64,000 bases of DNA from an uncultured Gammaproteobacteria bacterium (lineage in GTDB: Bacteria; Patescibacteriota; Microgenomatia; UBA8517): assembly GCA_964617045.1 (NCBI GenBank), contig CAZTVZ010000002.1, forward strand, positions 76,095 through 140,094, in the 5' to 3' direction. Numbering within the stretch: position 1 is the stretch's first letter; each line of letters begins with the position of its first letter. The notes below the pieces were generated by a model that saw only the letters and a program-made list of their open reading frames with translations, searched no databases and was not told the DNA's origin. This document shows, one piece after another, positions 1 through 10,486 of this stretch. Made by a program: the position numbers and the translations under genes.

Positions 1-1311
1 TGGATAGTGTCGGCTGTTGTAAATTTTTTGGCTTATTTCAGTGATGTCGGGTTGGCCGCTGCTCTGATTCAAAAGAAAGAATCACCGACAAAAGACGATT
101 ACAGGACAACTTTTTTGGTTCAGCAAATACTTGTGTTGACATTACTTGCCCTCATTTTTATTGGTACTCCGTATATTGTAAAAATTTATAATCTTTCCGA
201 AGCTGGGAAAGTATTATTGTGGTCATTGGGTTTGTCATTATTTTTCTCCTCATTAAAAACTATTCCTTCAATAATGCTCGAGAGAAGATTGGAATTCAAT
301 AAACTTGTAATTCCACAGATAGTTGAAAATTTAATCTATAACCTGGTTGCGGTATTTTTGGCATGGAAAGGATTTGGTTTAACAAGTTTTACTATAGCAA
401 TACTTTTGAGAAGCATTGTGGGTCTTGTTATTATCTATATTCTTCAACCTTGGTTGCCTTGGTTTGCTTTATCGAAAGCTTCTTTGAAAAAACTTTTAAC
501 CTACGGTGTCCCTTATCAGGCAAACACGCTTTTGGCTACATTAAAAGACGACGCAATGACGGCTTTTTTGGGAACATCCCTGGGTTCAGCAGGGGTAGGG
601 TTTCTTGGTTGGGCACAAAAATGGGGACAATCACCGTTAAGATTCTTTATGGATCATGTTCTAAAAGTAACTTTCCCGGCATTTGCCAGAATGCAGGACA
701 ACAAAGAAGAACTAAGAAACTTTTTAACAAGATCAATATTCTTTATTTGTATATTGGTATTCCCAAGCATTATTGGCTTGGTCGTCGTTGCTCCGATTCT
801 GGTACAAATTATTCCCAAGTATGCAAAATGGGCTCCGGCACTTCTTCCCTTGGCTCTTGTTGCCATTAATACAATTTTTGCTGCGGTGACTACGCAATTG
901 ACCAATCTGTTAAATGCGATAGGGCAAATCAAAACGACATTCAAACTTATGGTGATGTGGACAGTTCTTACATGGCTTTTGGTTCCTTTTGCGGCAATTA
1001 GATATGGTGTAGTAGGTGTTGCCGCCGCATATTCCATAATCGGAGCAAGTTCTCTTATTGCAATATATATCGTAAGAAGAAAGGTATATTTTTCCCTTAT
1101 TGATTCTGCAGGTAAACCCCTGGCGGGAGCTGCCTTAATGGGAGTATTTGTTTGGGTACTCAGGAACTATCTTCCCGTAAGCATTTCTTCGGTAATTATC
1201 CTTATTTCATCTGGTCTATTGGTTTATCTTGGATCTATGTTTTTGATAGTAGGACCCGGTTTTATTCAAGACATCAAGAAAAGTTTTCGAACCCTGATGG
1301 CCAGGAAATAG
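1..1311 (+). CDS. wzx: Wzx-type oligosaccharide flippase (5'-truncated)
   Basis: Frame is open to base 1 (W-I-V-SAVVNF...). Polytopic hydrophobic protein with the MOP/PST flippase motifs DVGLAAALIQ, 'L.R.LEF.KL' and 'VTFPAFARMQ'. Confidence 0.85.
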   Translation, partial: WIVSAVVNFLAYFSDVGLAAALIQKKESPTKDDYRTTFLVQQILVLTLLALIFIGTPYIVKIYNLSEAGKVLLWSLGLSLFFSSLKTIPSIMLERRLEFNKLVIPQIVENLIYNLVAVFLAWKGFGLTSFTIAILLRSIVGLVIIYILQPWLPWFALSKASLKKLLTYGVPYQANTLLATLKDDAMTAFLGTSLGSAGVGFLGWAQKWGQSPLRFFMDHVLKVTFPAFARMQDNKEELRNFLTRSIFFICILVFPSIIGLVVVAPILVQIIPKYAKWAPALLPLALVAINTIFAAVTTQLTNLLNAIGQIKTTFKLMVMWTVLTWLLVPFAAIRYGVVGVAAAYSIIGASSLIAIYIVRRKVYFSLIDSAGKPLAGAALMGVFVWVLRNYLPVSISSVIILISSGLLVYLGSMFLIVGPGFIQDIKKSFRTLMARK

Positions 1312-1331
1312 GCAGAAGGGAATAATAGCTG

Positions 1332-1337
1332 TAAAAT
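1332..1337 (+). promoter_or_regulatory. Putative -10 box (TAAAAT), leaderless-type promoter
   Basis: TAAAAT ends 6 nt before ATG 1344 in a 32-nt gap. Confidence 0.45.
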
Positions 1338-1343
1338 ATACGT

Positions 1344-2252
1344 ATGAGTAAAATATCCGTTGTAATTAATACCCTGAACGAAGAAAAGAATATCAAAAAA
1401 GCAATTACATCTGTAAAAAGCTTTGCTGACGAAATTGTGGTTGTAGATATGCATTCCGGTGATAAAACGGTAGAGATAGTAAAAGAGATGGGGGCAAAAG
1501 TATATGACCACGAACCGGTAGGCTATGTCGAGCCGGCAAGAAATTTTGCCATTTCAAAAGCGGAAAGCGAATGGGTGTTTATCTTGGATGCCGATGAGGA
1601 AGCTTCCGAAGGATTAGCCAAGAAAATAAAAGAAATTGTAAAAGGAGATATTGGAGATTATTATAGAATCCCGAGAAAAAATATAAACTTTGGAAAGTGG
1701 ATCAAACACGCCAGATGGTGGCCAGACTACAACATCCGGTTATTCAGAAAAGGATGTGTGTCTTGGAATGAAGTCATTCATTCTGTCCCGATGACAACCG
1801 GTCAGGGATTTGAAATCCCTCCAGAAGAGAAGTATGCAATTGTTCATCACAATTATTCCAGTATTTCGGATTATATATCAAGGTTAAACAGATACACCGA
1901 TGTCCAATCGAAATTCTTGAGCAAGAATGGTTATAAATTTGAATGGAAAGATTTGATAGGCAAACCAGTCGGTGAATTTTTGGGGAGATATTTTTCGGGA
2001 GAAGGATATAAAGACGGGCTGCATGGGTTGGCACTATCTGTTTTGCAAGGATTTTCCGAATTTGTAACATATCTTAAAGTTTGGGAGCTTAACAAATTTG
2101 AAGAAAAAAATATTGACATCAAAAAACTGGAAGATGAAGTTCAAAAATCCCAAAAAGAAGTATTGTGGTGGATAAGAGACAGAAGAATCAGTTCCATGTC
2201 GATTATTCCCAAAATGCTGAATAAAATATTTAGAAAGGTAACAAATGGCTAA
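1344..2252 (+). CDS. GT2 glycosyltransferase (WaaE/KdtX-like beta-1,4-glucosyltransferase subfamily)
   Basis: ISVVINTLNEE, VVVDMHSGD, ARNFA, ILDADE, RLFRKG motifs. Confidence 0.9.
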   Translation: MSKISVVINTLNEEKNIKKAITSVKSFADEIVVVDMHSGDKTVEIVKEMGAKVYDHEPVGYVEPARNFAISKAESEWVFILDADEEASEGLAKKIKEIVKGDIGDYYRIPRKNINFGKWIKHARWWPDYNIRLFRKGCVSWNEVIHSVPMTTGQGFEIPPEEKYAIVHHNYSSISDYISRLNRYTDVQSKFLSKNGYKFEWKDLIGKPVGEFLGRYFSGEGYKDGLHGLALSVLQGFSEFVTYLKVWELNKFEEKNIDIKKLEDEVQKSQKEVLWWIRDRRISSMSIIPKMLNKIFRKVTNG

Positions 2253-3162
2253 CCCAAAAGTAAGCGTAATCATACTTAATTGGAACAGAAAAGACGATAC
2301 TGTCGAAACTCTGAAAAGTTTAAATAGAAGTAGTACGACAAATTACGAATTAAACATCATTGTTGTTGACAACGGTTCAACGGATGGGAGCATTGAAGCA
2401 TTCAACAAGATTACGAATATTAAATTTAGACTCATTTCCCTTGATACCAATACCGGTTTTGTTATGGGAAACAATATCGGAATTAAAGCTGCTCTTGAAG
2501 AAGAGGGTGCAGATTATGTACTTACTCTCAATGACGATACGTTGGTTGATAAAAACATGATCAAAAACATGATCAAGTATATTGAGGAAGATAAGTCTGT
2601 TGGCATTACCGTTCCAAAAATATATTTCGCACCAGGATTTGAGTTTAAAGATAAATATCCAAGAGGAGTATCCGGAAAGGTGATTTGGTATGCAGGAGGA
2701 AAAATTGATTGGGACAATGTATATGCAAGCAATTTTGGGGTAGATGATGTTGATAGAGGCCAGTATGACGAAAGAAAAGAAACGGATTTTGCAACTGGTT
2801 GTGCCCTTCTAATAAAAAGAAAAGTTTTGGAGAAAATTGGGATGTTTGATGAAAGATACTTTGCGTACATGGAGGATGTGGATCTTTCTCGAAGGGCTAT
2901 TAATGCAGGTTATAAAGTTGTCTACGTTCCTGAAGCATATATGTGGCACAAGGTATCGCAAAGTTCAGGAATCGGAAGCGAACTAAACGACTATTTTATT
3001 ACCAGGAACAGAATGATTTTTGGCCTTTCATATGCAAAACCAAGAACCAAATTTGCTCTATATCGAGAATCTTTGAAACTCCTTTTCTTCGGTAGAAAGT
3101 GGCAAAGAAGAGGAATACGTGATTATTATCTTCGAAAGTTCGGTAAAGGAAGTTGGAAATAG
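2245..3162 (+). CDS. GT2 glycosyltransferase (WbbL/rhamnosyltransferase-like)
   Basis: VSVIILNWN, VVDNGSTD, NTGF..GNNIG, LNDD, TGCALLI, F.YMEDVD motifs. Confidence 0.9.
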   Translation: MANPKVSVIILNWNRKDDTVETLKSLNRSSTTNYELNIIVVDNGSTDGSIEAFNKITNIKFRLISLDTNTGFVMGNNIGIKAALEEEGADYVLTLNDDTLVDKNMIKNMIKYIEEDKSVGITVPKIYFAPGFEFKDKYPRGVSGKVIWYAGGKIDWDNVYASNFGVDDVDRGQYDERKETDFATGCALLIKRKVLEKIGMFDERYFAYMEDVDLSRRAINAGYKVVYVPEAYMWHKVSQSSGIGSELNDYFITRNRMIFGLSYAKPRTKFALYRESLKLLFFGRKWQRRGIRDYYLRKFGKGSWK

Positions 3163-3163
3163 A

Positions 3164-3925
3164 ATGTTAAAGATCTCCGCAATAATTCCTGCCAAGAATG
3201 AGGAAAAGATGATTGCAGGTGCAATCAAATCTCTGCTATGGTGTGACGAAATCATCGTCGTTGACAACGGATCAACGGATGACACGATAACAATCGCCAA
3301 GAAAATGGGAGCAAAGGTTATCGAATGTGAATCAAAAGAAATCGATTTTAGTAAGCCTCGAAATATGGGAGCGAAAGAGGCAAGCGGAGATTGGCTTTTA
3401 TATGTTGATGCTGACGAAAGGGCAACAGAAGAATTGCGCGTCGAGATTGAAAAAGCAATTGAGAGTTCGGTCTTAAATGCGTATTCTCTTCCCAGACAAA
3501 ACAATTTTCTTGGACACGATATGAGATATGGTGGGTGGTGGCCGGACAGGGTCATGAGATTGATAAGAAAAGAGTCGCTAACAAGATGGGAAGGGAAACT
3601 TCACGAACAACCCGTCATCAAAGGAGATAAAGGTGAACTGGCAACACCTCTTTATCATATAACCCACAGGAGCCTTTCCGAAATGATTGAAAAGACCAAC
3701 AAATGGTCAGTTGTGGAAGCAAAACTGTTGTTTGAATCAAATCATCCTCCAATGACTTGGTGGAGATTTTTATCGGCAGGTTTTCGAGAATTTTGGTTTA
3801 GAGGAATTCGCAAATTAGGATTTTTAGATGGCCCTGTAGGAATTATTGAAATCTTTTTTCAAACGTTTTCAAGGATGATAACATATGCGAAACTTTGGGA
3901 AATGCAAATACAGAAAAATAAATGA
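3164..3925 (+). CDS. GT2 glycosyltransferase (WaaE/KdtX-like)
   Basis: ATG 3164 follows the upstream TAG by 1 nt. ISAIIPAKNEE, VVDNGSTD, YVDADE, LHEQP motifs. Confidence 0.9.
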   Translation: MLKISAIIPAKNEEKMIAGAIKSLLWCDEIIVVDNGSTDDTITIAKKMGAKVIECESKEIDFSKPRNMGAKEASGDWLLYVDADERATEELRVEIEKAIESSVLNAYSLPRQNNFLGHDMRYGGWWPDRVMRLIRKESLTRWEGKLHEQPVIKGDKGELATPLYHITHRSLSEMIEKTNKWSVVEAKLLFESNHPPMTWWRFLSAGFREFWFRGIRKLGFLDGPVGIIEIFFQTFSRMITYAKLWEMQIQKNK

Positions 3926-4941
3926 GAGCAGCAATTGTAAATCCATATTTTGACACCCTAGGAGGAGGAGAAAGATACACATTGGCGGTTGCCACAACCT
4001 TAAGAGATGAAGGATATAACGTTTCCCTTGAATGGAAAGATGAAAGTATAAAAAAGAAACTGGAAGAAAGATTTGGGATAGATTTAACTGGTATCCAGAT
4101 TGTCGATGATGTTAAAAGAGGAGACGGATATGATGTTTGTTTCTGGGTTTCTGACGGAAGCATTCCAACCCTTAAGGCAAGGAAAAACATTCTTCATTTT
4201 CAGGTACCGTTCCACGATGTAAACGGAAAAACACTTATCAATAAAATGAAGTTATTCAGGATAAACAAGGTGATATGTAATTCTCATTTCACTAAAAAAG
4301 TAATTGACGAAGAATTTGGAATATCAAGCGAAGTTGTTTATCCTCCGGTATCTGTAGGAACAATAAAACCGAAGAGAAAAGAAAACATAATCTTATTTGT
4401 TGGTAGATTTTCTCAACTGAAGCAATCCAAAAATCAAGATATATTAGTTGCGGCGTTTCGAAAGTTTTACAACAAGGATCATAAAGAATGGAAAATGGTT
4501 CTATGCGGAGGAACCGAAGTTGGAGGGAAAGAATATTTGGAAGAATTGAAAAAAGAAGCAAAATGTTTTCCGATTGAATTTGTCGAGAATCCTCCTTTTA
4601 AAGTAGTTGCAGATTTATATGGAAGAGCAAAAATTTTTTGGTCGGCAGTTGGATATGGTGCAAAACCCAGTGAGCCGGAAAAGGTAGAGCACTTCGGTAT
4701 TACAGTCGTTGAAGCGATGGCCGCAGGAGCAACACCGGTTGTATATGATGCGGGTGGATATAAAGAATCTGTCGAAAACGGAGTAAACGGATATAGATGG
4801 AACAAAGTATCAGAGCTAATAAAGTTAACAGAAAAAATAATTGATAAAAAAGAATACGTAAAAATGTCAAAAGCAGGAGCGGAGAAAAGTAAGAAATATT
4901 CATATCAAGAATTCTCCAACGAATTTAAAAAATATCTGTAA
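3922..4941 (+). CDS. GT4 glycosyltransferase
   Basis: GGGERY N-terminus, FVGRF, EHFGITVVEAMAAG (E-x7-E motif). Confidence 0.9.
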   Translation: MRAAIVNPYFDTLGGGERYTLAVATTLRDEGYNVSLEWKDESIKKKLEERFGIDLTGIQIVDDVKRGDGYDVCFWVSDGSIPTLKARKNILHFQVPFHDVNGKTLINKMKLFRINKVICNSHFTKKVIDEEFGISSEVVYPPVSVGTIKPKRKENIILFVGRFSQLKQSKNQDILVAAFRKFYNKDHKEWKMVLCGGTEVGGKEYLEELKKEAKCFPIEFVENPPFKVVADLYGRAKIFWSAVGYGAKPSEPEKVEHFGITVVEAMAAGATPVVYDAGGYKESVENGVNGYRWNKVSELIKLTEKIIDKKEYVKMSKAGAEKSKKYSYQEFSNEFKKYL

Positions 4942-6458
4942 TGATAAATAGGAAAAACTTAATTACTACCGCATTTCTCATTCTTATATTTGGATTATCT
5001 GTTCTTTTGAGAATGCTTTTTGTTAAATACGGTTCGATATTATTTAGTTATGATCAGGCACGAGACGCCTTCATGGCAAAAGAAATAATTGCAGGAGATT
5101 TGAAAATAATGGGACCACCGGCGTCTATTTTACAAGGACTAAGTCACGGAGTAATTTGGTATTATCTTCTTGCAATATTTTATTCGATTGGACAAGGAAG
5201 TCCTATTGTGGCGGCTTATTCTTACGGGGTAGTTGTTTCTTTGTCGATTTTTTCAATATTCCTTTTGAGTAAAACATTATCCGGTAATGGCAAAATCGGA
5301 TTGGTATCAGCTTTGCTCTGGGCTGTATCTTTTGAAGGAATTCAATATTCAACATGGCTTTCAAATCCTTCGTTGGCATTTATTTTTACCCCCTTAATAT
5401 ATTTGTTTTTATGGTTATGGATAGAAAAGAAAAAATCCATTTATGCACTTGCAGCGGGAATCTTTCTTGGATTATCCGTTCAGGCGAATTTATTTTTAAT
5501 ATATCATTTAATTTCGATAGCAATACTCCTTCTTATTAATAGGGTAAAAATATTATCGAAGCATTCACTTCTATTTGTTGTCGCATTTTTGGTATCAATA
5601 TCAACTTTAATACTGGAGCAGATTAAATTCGGTTTTGCCGGAATCAAAGGAGTTGTGTTCCTTCTGTCCGGAACGGACAAATTCGTGAGTTCAACAGGAT
5701 TTGGTGACTTTTTGATTAATTATTTAAACCAGATTGGGACAGTATTTTCGAATAATCTTTTTCCATATAATCACGCTTTTGGTGGATTGTTGGGAACTAT
5801 TGTTGTTGTATTGACAATTAAGAAATTAATTCAAGACGAGAAAAGGCATAATTGGACCCTCTATATTCTTGTCTTTATGTTTTCTCAAATAATTATTTCA
5901 ATGTTTGGGGGAATGAGCACTCCGTATATCGGAGTTGGTTTGGGTGTGGCAATAATTATTTTAACGACCAACTTAATATTTTCGATCAAATCGTCTGTCG
6001 TTAAAATTCTGACTATTCTGTTTTTTGTATGCATTGGAATATCAACTGTATTTACAAAAGCCGATAAAAGTATTTTTGCAATTCAGGAAGAAATGCGAAT
6101 AGACATAACCCAAGAACTGATTGATTATACTTATCAGGAAAGTAATGGAGAGAAGTTTTCAATTAATACGGTTACGGCTCCCTTGTGGGTTAATACAACC
6201 TGGTCGTATTTATACAAATGGTATGGAATGGAAAAATACGGATATTTACCCAATTTTATTGGAAGAGATCAAATTGGACAAATTGATCAGCTCGGTAGCG
6301 GAAAGCCGGAAAAAACAATATACCTCATTATCGAACCAAGTATTGCCATCCCACAAAGATATATAGATGCTACAATTGCTGAAGAAAATGCGAGATCAAA
6401 AGTTCTTGAAGAGAAAAATTGGAAAACACTTATCGTTCAAAAAAGAATATTAAAATGA
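4941..6458 (+). CDS. GT-C membrane glycosyltransferase (ArnT/PMT-like)
   Basis: Multiple TM segments, acidic first-loop motif FSYDQARD after TM1, and a soluble C-terminal domain. Paralog of 47474..48739. Confidence 0.7.
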   Translation: MINRKNLITTAFLILIFGLSVLLRMLFVKYGSILFSYDQARDAFMAKEIIAGDLKIMGPPASILQGLSHGVIWYYLLAIFYSIGQGSPIVAAYSYGVVVSLSIFSIFLLSKTLSGNGKIGLVSALLWAVSFEGIQYSTWLSNPSLAFIFTPLIYLFLWLWIEKKKSIYALAAGIFLGLSVQANLFLIYHLISIAILLLINRVKILSKHSLLFVVAFLVSISTLILEQIKFGFAGIKGVVFLLSGTDKFVSSTGFGDFLINYLNQIGTVFSNNLFPYNHAFGGLLGTIVVVLTIKKLIQDEKRHNWTLYILVFMFSQIIISMFGGMSTPYIGVGLGVAIIILTTNLIFSIKSSVVKILTILFFVCIGISTVFTKADKSIFAIQEEMRIDITQELIDYTYQESNGEKFSINTVTAPLWVNTTWSYLYKWYGMEKYGYLPNFIGRDQIGQIDQLGSGKPEKTIYLIIEPSIAIPQRYIDATIAEENARSKVLEEKNWKTLIVQKRILK

Positions 6459-7105
6459 AACAAATATCCAAAACTGCAGAGGAACTACACGAACAAGTAC
6501 CAGCAAACTGGTATTATGAGTCTTTAAAAGTTGATCCTTTTCAAAGGTATTGGCACAAAAGAAGATTTGATGAAGTATCAAAAGTGATTAGTCCGGTTAA
6601 AGGAGAAATTCTTGATATTGGAAGTGCCGACGGAATGTTCTCCAAAGTGATACTTGATAAAACCGGTGCGAAAAAATTAATCGGTATCGATGTTCTCAAA
6701 AAATCTGTTGATTGGGCAAATAAACATTGGAAAAAATATCCGATGAAATTTATGGTTGGTGATGCACACAAGTTAAGTTTTAGATCAGGAACCTTTGATG
6801 CGGTTTTTGCATTAGAAGTATTAGAGCATGTTCATAAACCGGTTGAAGTTTTTAAAGAAATAAAAAGAATTCTCAAAAAGAACGGATACGGAATGTTTTT
6901 AGTTCCTTCGGATAATTTTCTTTTTAGAACAATTTGGTGGTTATGGTTACATTTTTACCCCAGAGGATGGGTATGGAAAGAAACGCACATACAAACGTAC
7001 AGAAATAATTATTTGACGAAGGTATGTAAGAAGTCCGGTTTCAAAATTGAAGAGGATAAGAAATTTATTTTGGGTATGTTACATTTAGTAAAGGTTAGAA
7101 AATAA
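6455..7105 (+). CDS. Class I SAM-dependent methyltransferase
   Basis: ILDIGSADG, GDAHKL..FDAVFALEVLEHV, EIKRILK motifs. ATG 6455 overlaps the upstream TGA (ATGA). Confidence 0.9.
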   Translation: MKQISKTAEELHEQVPANWYYESLKVDPFQRYWHKRRFDEVSKVISPVKGEILDIGSADGMFSKVILDKTGAKKLIGIDVLKKSVDWANKHWKKYPMKFMVGDAHKLSFRSGTFDAVFALEVLEHVHKPVEVFKEIKRILKKNGYGMFLVPSDNFLFRTIWWLWLHFYPRGWVWKETHIQTYRNNYLTKVCKKSGFKIEEDKKFILGMLHLVKVRK

Positions 7106-7996
7106 ATGGAAGTATCTATAGTAATACCAAATTATAATGGTAAAGAAATAATCGAGAAGAATTTGCCTCACGTATTAAAAGCAAAAAAATATTTGGGTAA
7201 TAATATCAAGGAAATAATCATTGTTGACGACGGATCGTATGACGACAGTGTAAATTTTATTAAAAAAAGTTTTCCCGAAATCAGATTAATCGTTCACAAA
7301 AAAAATAGAGGTTTTTCTTGTGCTGTTAACACCGGTGCCAGGATGTGTAAAGGGGATCTGATCTGCTTACTAAATTCCGATGTTGTTCCCGAAGAGAAAT
7401 TCTTGGTGAATTCATTGCCTCATTTTAAAGACAAAAAGGTTTTTGCCGTATCACTAAGGGAGAGAGGTTATTCGTGGGCAACAGGCAACTTTCTTAACGG
7501 TTATCTGCACCATGAACAAGGTACGGTTTCCGACAAGACACACTATTCTTTGTGGGCAAGTGGGGGGAGCGCCTTGTTTAGAAGATCAACATGGATGGAG
7601 CTCGGAGGAATGGACGAAAAGGTATTTTCTCCGTTTTACTGGGAGGACATCGATTTATCATATCGGGCAACCAAAAGGGGATATGATGTTTTGTGGGAAC
7701 CGGGATCGGTTGTCGATCACAAACACGAATCCACCGTAAGTAAATTGTCCAAGAAATATGTACAACGAATAAGGGAAAGAAACGAACTTTTGTTTATTTG
7801 GAAAAATATTCATAGTAAGAAATTCATCAGAAATCATATAGGAGCCTTACTTAAAAGGATTATTAAACATCCGGGATATTTGGTTATTTTTGTAATGGCC
7901 TTATCGAAGTTGGGAATTGCCTTGAAAGCAAGGAAGAAAGAAATTAAAGAATCAAAACTTTCCGATGAAGCAGTGTTTCAAAGAGTAACAGCATGA
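7106..7996 (+). CDS. GT2 glycosyltransferase
   Basis: VSIVIPNYNG, VDDGSYD, LLNSD, FYWEDIDLSYR motifs. Confidence 0.9.
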   Translation: MEVSIVIPNYNGKEIIEKNLPHVLKAKKYLGNNIKEIIIVDDGSYDDSVNFIKKSFPEIRLIVHKKNRGFSCAVNTGARMCKGDLICLLNSDVVPEEKFLVNSLPHFKDKKVFAVSLRERGYSWATGNFLNGYLHHEQGTVSDKTHYSLWASGGSALFRRSTWMELGGMDEKVFSPFYWEDIDLSYRATKRGYDVLWEPGSVVDHKHESTVSKLSKKYVQRIRERNELLFIWKNIHSKKFIRNHIGALLKRIIKHPGYLVIFVMALSKLGIALKARKKEIKESKLSDEAVFQRVTA

Positions 7997-8817
7997 AACC
8001 ATCAATATCAATTGTTATCGTTAATTACAACACAAAGGATTTGATTGTTGATTGCATCAATTCTATTAAGAAAGACGGTCCCAACGATGCTGAAATAATT
8101 GTGGTGGACAACAATTCAACTGATGGTTCCGTTGAAGCAATCAATAAACTAAAGGGTATAAAAACAATTTTCAACGATAATAATACCGGTTTTGCATTTG
8201 CCAATAATCAAGGAATAAAAATTGCCAAAGGCAAATATGTATTTCTTCTAAACTCTGATACTTACCTTACAAAAGGAGCACTGGAAGATTTGATGAAATT
8301 TGCAGACGAACACGATGATGCGGGTGTCGTTGGTCCCAGACTCCTTAATATTGATAAATCCTTGCAGTATTCATGTTTTCGTTTTCCGACAATTACCAAT
8401 GCTATTAAACAATATTGGTTTGGGGAAAAAGGGCTTTTTGACAAATATGTTCCGGGACTGGATAAACCTTACGAGGTGGATGCTGTTGTCGGCGCGGCTT
8501 TTTTGATGACTCCCAAAGCTCTCGAAAAAGTAGGGGGGTTAGATGAAAGATATTTCTTCTATTTTGAAGACTTGGCTTACTGTAAAAGAGTTCACGAAAA
8601 AGGTTTGAAAGTGTACTATTATCCTAAGCCAAAAATTGTTCACTATCACGGGGCTAGTATTAAAAAAGTAGAAACAGAAGATGCGGGAAGATGGAAGAGA
8701 ATGATCCCTTCCAGTAAGATTTACCACGGCCTCTTCAAGCATTACCTTTTAACCTTTATAATGTTACTAGGCCAGAAATGGTCTAAGTTATATGAAGTTT
8801 TTAAGAAAAATTCGTAA
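7993..8817 (+). CDS. GT2 glycosyltransferase (WbbL-like)
   Basis: SIVIVNYN, VVDNNSTD, LLNSD, FFYFED, HYHGAS motifs. Confidence 0.9.
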   Translation: MKPSISIVIVNYNTKDLIVDCINSIKKDGPNDAEIIVVDNNSTDGSVEAINKLKGIKTIFNDNNTGFAFANNQGIKIAKGKYVFLLNSDTYLTKGALEDLMKFADEHDDAGVVGPRLLNIDKSLQYSCFRFPTITNAIKQYWFGEKGLFDKYVPGLDKPYEVDAVVGAAFLMTPKALEKVGGLDERYFFYFEDLAYCKRVHEKGLKVYYYPKPKIVHYHGASIKKVETEDAGRWKRMIPSSKIYHGLFKHYLLTFIMLLGQKWSKLYEVFKKNS

Positions 8818-10486
8818 AGATCTCCCGTATCTGTTTTTTATCCTGCTGTTGACACTTCCGGTATTCATTCGCTTAATAAGACCCGGCTATTTTGTGATGC
8901 AGGATGATCTGCAGGCATTTAGAACCCAGCAGATGGATAAGTGTTTTGAAGATAAGCAATTGCCTTGCAGGTGGGTTCCTGATGCGGGATACCAATACGG
9001 TTATCCTCAGTTTAATTATTATCCGCCATCCGTATATTACTTTAGTGCTTTACTTCATAGAGCGGGTTTCCAGTATATAGATGCAGTTAAGGCAATGTTT
9101 GTGTTGGGATACGTAGTGTCTGCAATTACGATGTATCTATTGGCAAGTTCGGTTTTTAAAAACAGATGGATAGGGTTTGTTTCTTCTCTTTTATATACTT
9201 ATATTCCCTACAAGGCCGTGGAGGTATATGTCAGAGGAGCCTTAAACGAATTTTGGGCTCTTTCCTTTTTCCCGCTTGTTCTTTGGGCATCATATAGATT
9301 AATAAAAAAGGACAAGAAAAAATATCTTCTCTGGTTATCTATTGCCATTGCACTTCTTTTGACGACACACTCACTAACGGCCATGATTTTTATTCCGTTT
9401 GCCGCAGTCTGGGTATTCTTTTGGATATTTCGATTTAAAAAAGAAGTATTCAATAAAAAATTGATTGCCTCCTTGCTTCTAGGTTTTGGTTTATCTGCTT
9501 TTTTTGTATTACCGATGATGTTGGAAAAACAGTATGTTCATGTAGATTCGGTTCTTTCTGGATATTTTGATTACAGGCAACACTTTGTATCACTATATAA
9601 ATTGTTTATCTCGAGAGAATGGGGATACGGTTCTTCAGGATTTCCCAACGAACTTCTTAACCTGTCGGTTGGTGTCGTTCAGTGGGGAGCTGGAATACTT
9701 GCAGTAATCGTAAGCATTCTAAACTTCAAAAAGAAAAACAAATCATATGCCTATCTCGGAATTACGTTGGGTCTAATGACGATTTTCTCCTTGTTCATGA
9801 TTCATATGAAATCCAGTTTTATTTGGACAATGCTACCATTTCTTAAATGGTTGCAATTCCCTTGGAGATTTCTTTCTATTTCAATTGTCTTACTTCCTGT
9901 GTTGGTCGGTGTTTTATTGCATTACACCGGCAAAGCAAAATACGTTATCGGTTCACTGCTTGTTGTCGGAGCAATATTGCTGAATATTCAATTTTTTAAA
10001 GAAAAAGAATGGTTAAACATTACGGATCAGGGCAAATTCTCCGGTCAATATTGGGAAAAACAACTGACAATAAGTATTTTTGATTATCTTCCAATATATG
10101 CGACTCTTCCTCCTGTGGAAAAAGCTCCCGCAGAGCCGGAAGTTTTGGAGGGTGTAGCCAAATTTGAGAATTACGAAAAAGGATCAAATTGGCAAAAAGG
10201 AAAAGTAAAAGTTGAAACCGAAAAGGCCCTTTTGAGAGCTCCGATATACGATTTTCCGGGAATGACTGTTTCTTCATCGGAAAAAATTGTTAAACATATA
10301 AATAATGACTGTCGGGGACAAGAGTTTTGTTTAGGGCTGGTAACTTTTGAACTTGAAAACGGAGACCATGATATTAAAATCGAACTAAAAGATACTCCGA
10401 TAAGAACAATCGGAAATTATTTATCGATATTTTCTGTTTTGTACCTTATTTTCCTTATACTTAAGAGAAATGATGACTTTAATTAA
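8792..10486 (+). CDS. GT-C membrane glycosyltransferase, YfhO/'6-pyruvoyl-tetrahydropterin synthase-related' type
   Basis: QDD first-loop motif, CRWVPD.GY.YGYP.FNYYPP, YVRGALNE, LQFPWRFL, extracellular beta domain and a C-terminal TM anchor. Confidence 0.75.
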   Translation: MKFLRKIRKDLPYLFFILLLTLPVFIRLIRPGYFVMQDDLQAFRTQQMDKCFEDKQLPCRWVPDAGYQYGYPQFNYYPPSVYYFSALLHRAGFQYIDAVKAMFVLGYVVSAITMYLLASSVFKNRWIGFVSSLLYTYIPYKAVEVYVRGALNEFWALSFFPLVLWASYRLIKKDKKKYLLWLSIAIALLLTTHSLTAMIFIPFAAVWVFFWIFRFKKEVFNKKLIASLLLGFGLSAFFVLPMMLEKQYVHVDSVLSGYFDYRQHFVSLYKLFISREWGYGSSGFPNELLNLSVGVVQWGAGILAVIVSILNFKKKNKSYAYLGITLGLMTIFSLFMIHMKSSFIWTMLPFLKWLQFPWRFLSISIVLLPVLVGVLLHYTGKAKYVIGSLLVVGAILLNIQFFKEKEWLNITDQGKFSGQYWEKQLTISIFDYLPIYATLPPVEKAPAEPEVLEGVAKFENYEKGSNWQKGKVKVETEKALLRAPIYDFPGMTVSSSEKIVKHINNDCRGQEFCLGLVTFELENGDHDIKIELKDTPIRTIGNYLSIFSVLYLIFLILKRNDDFN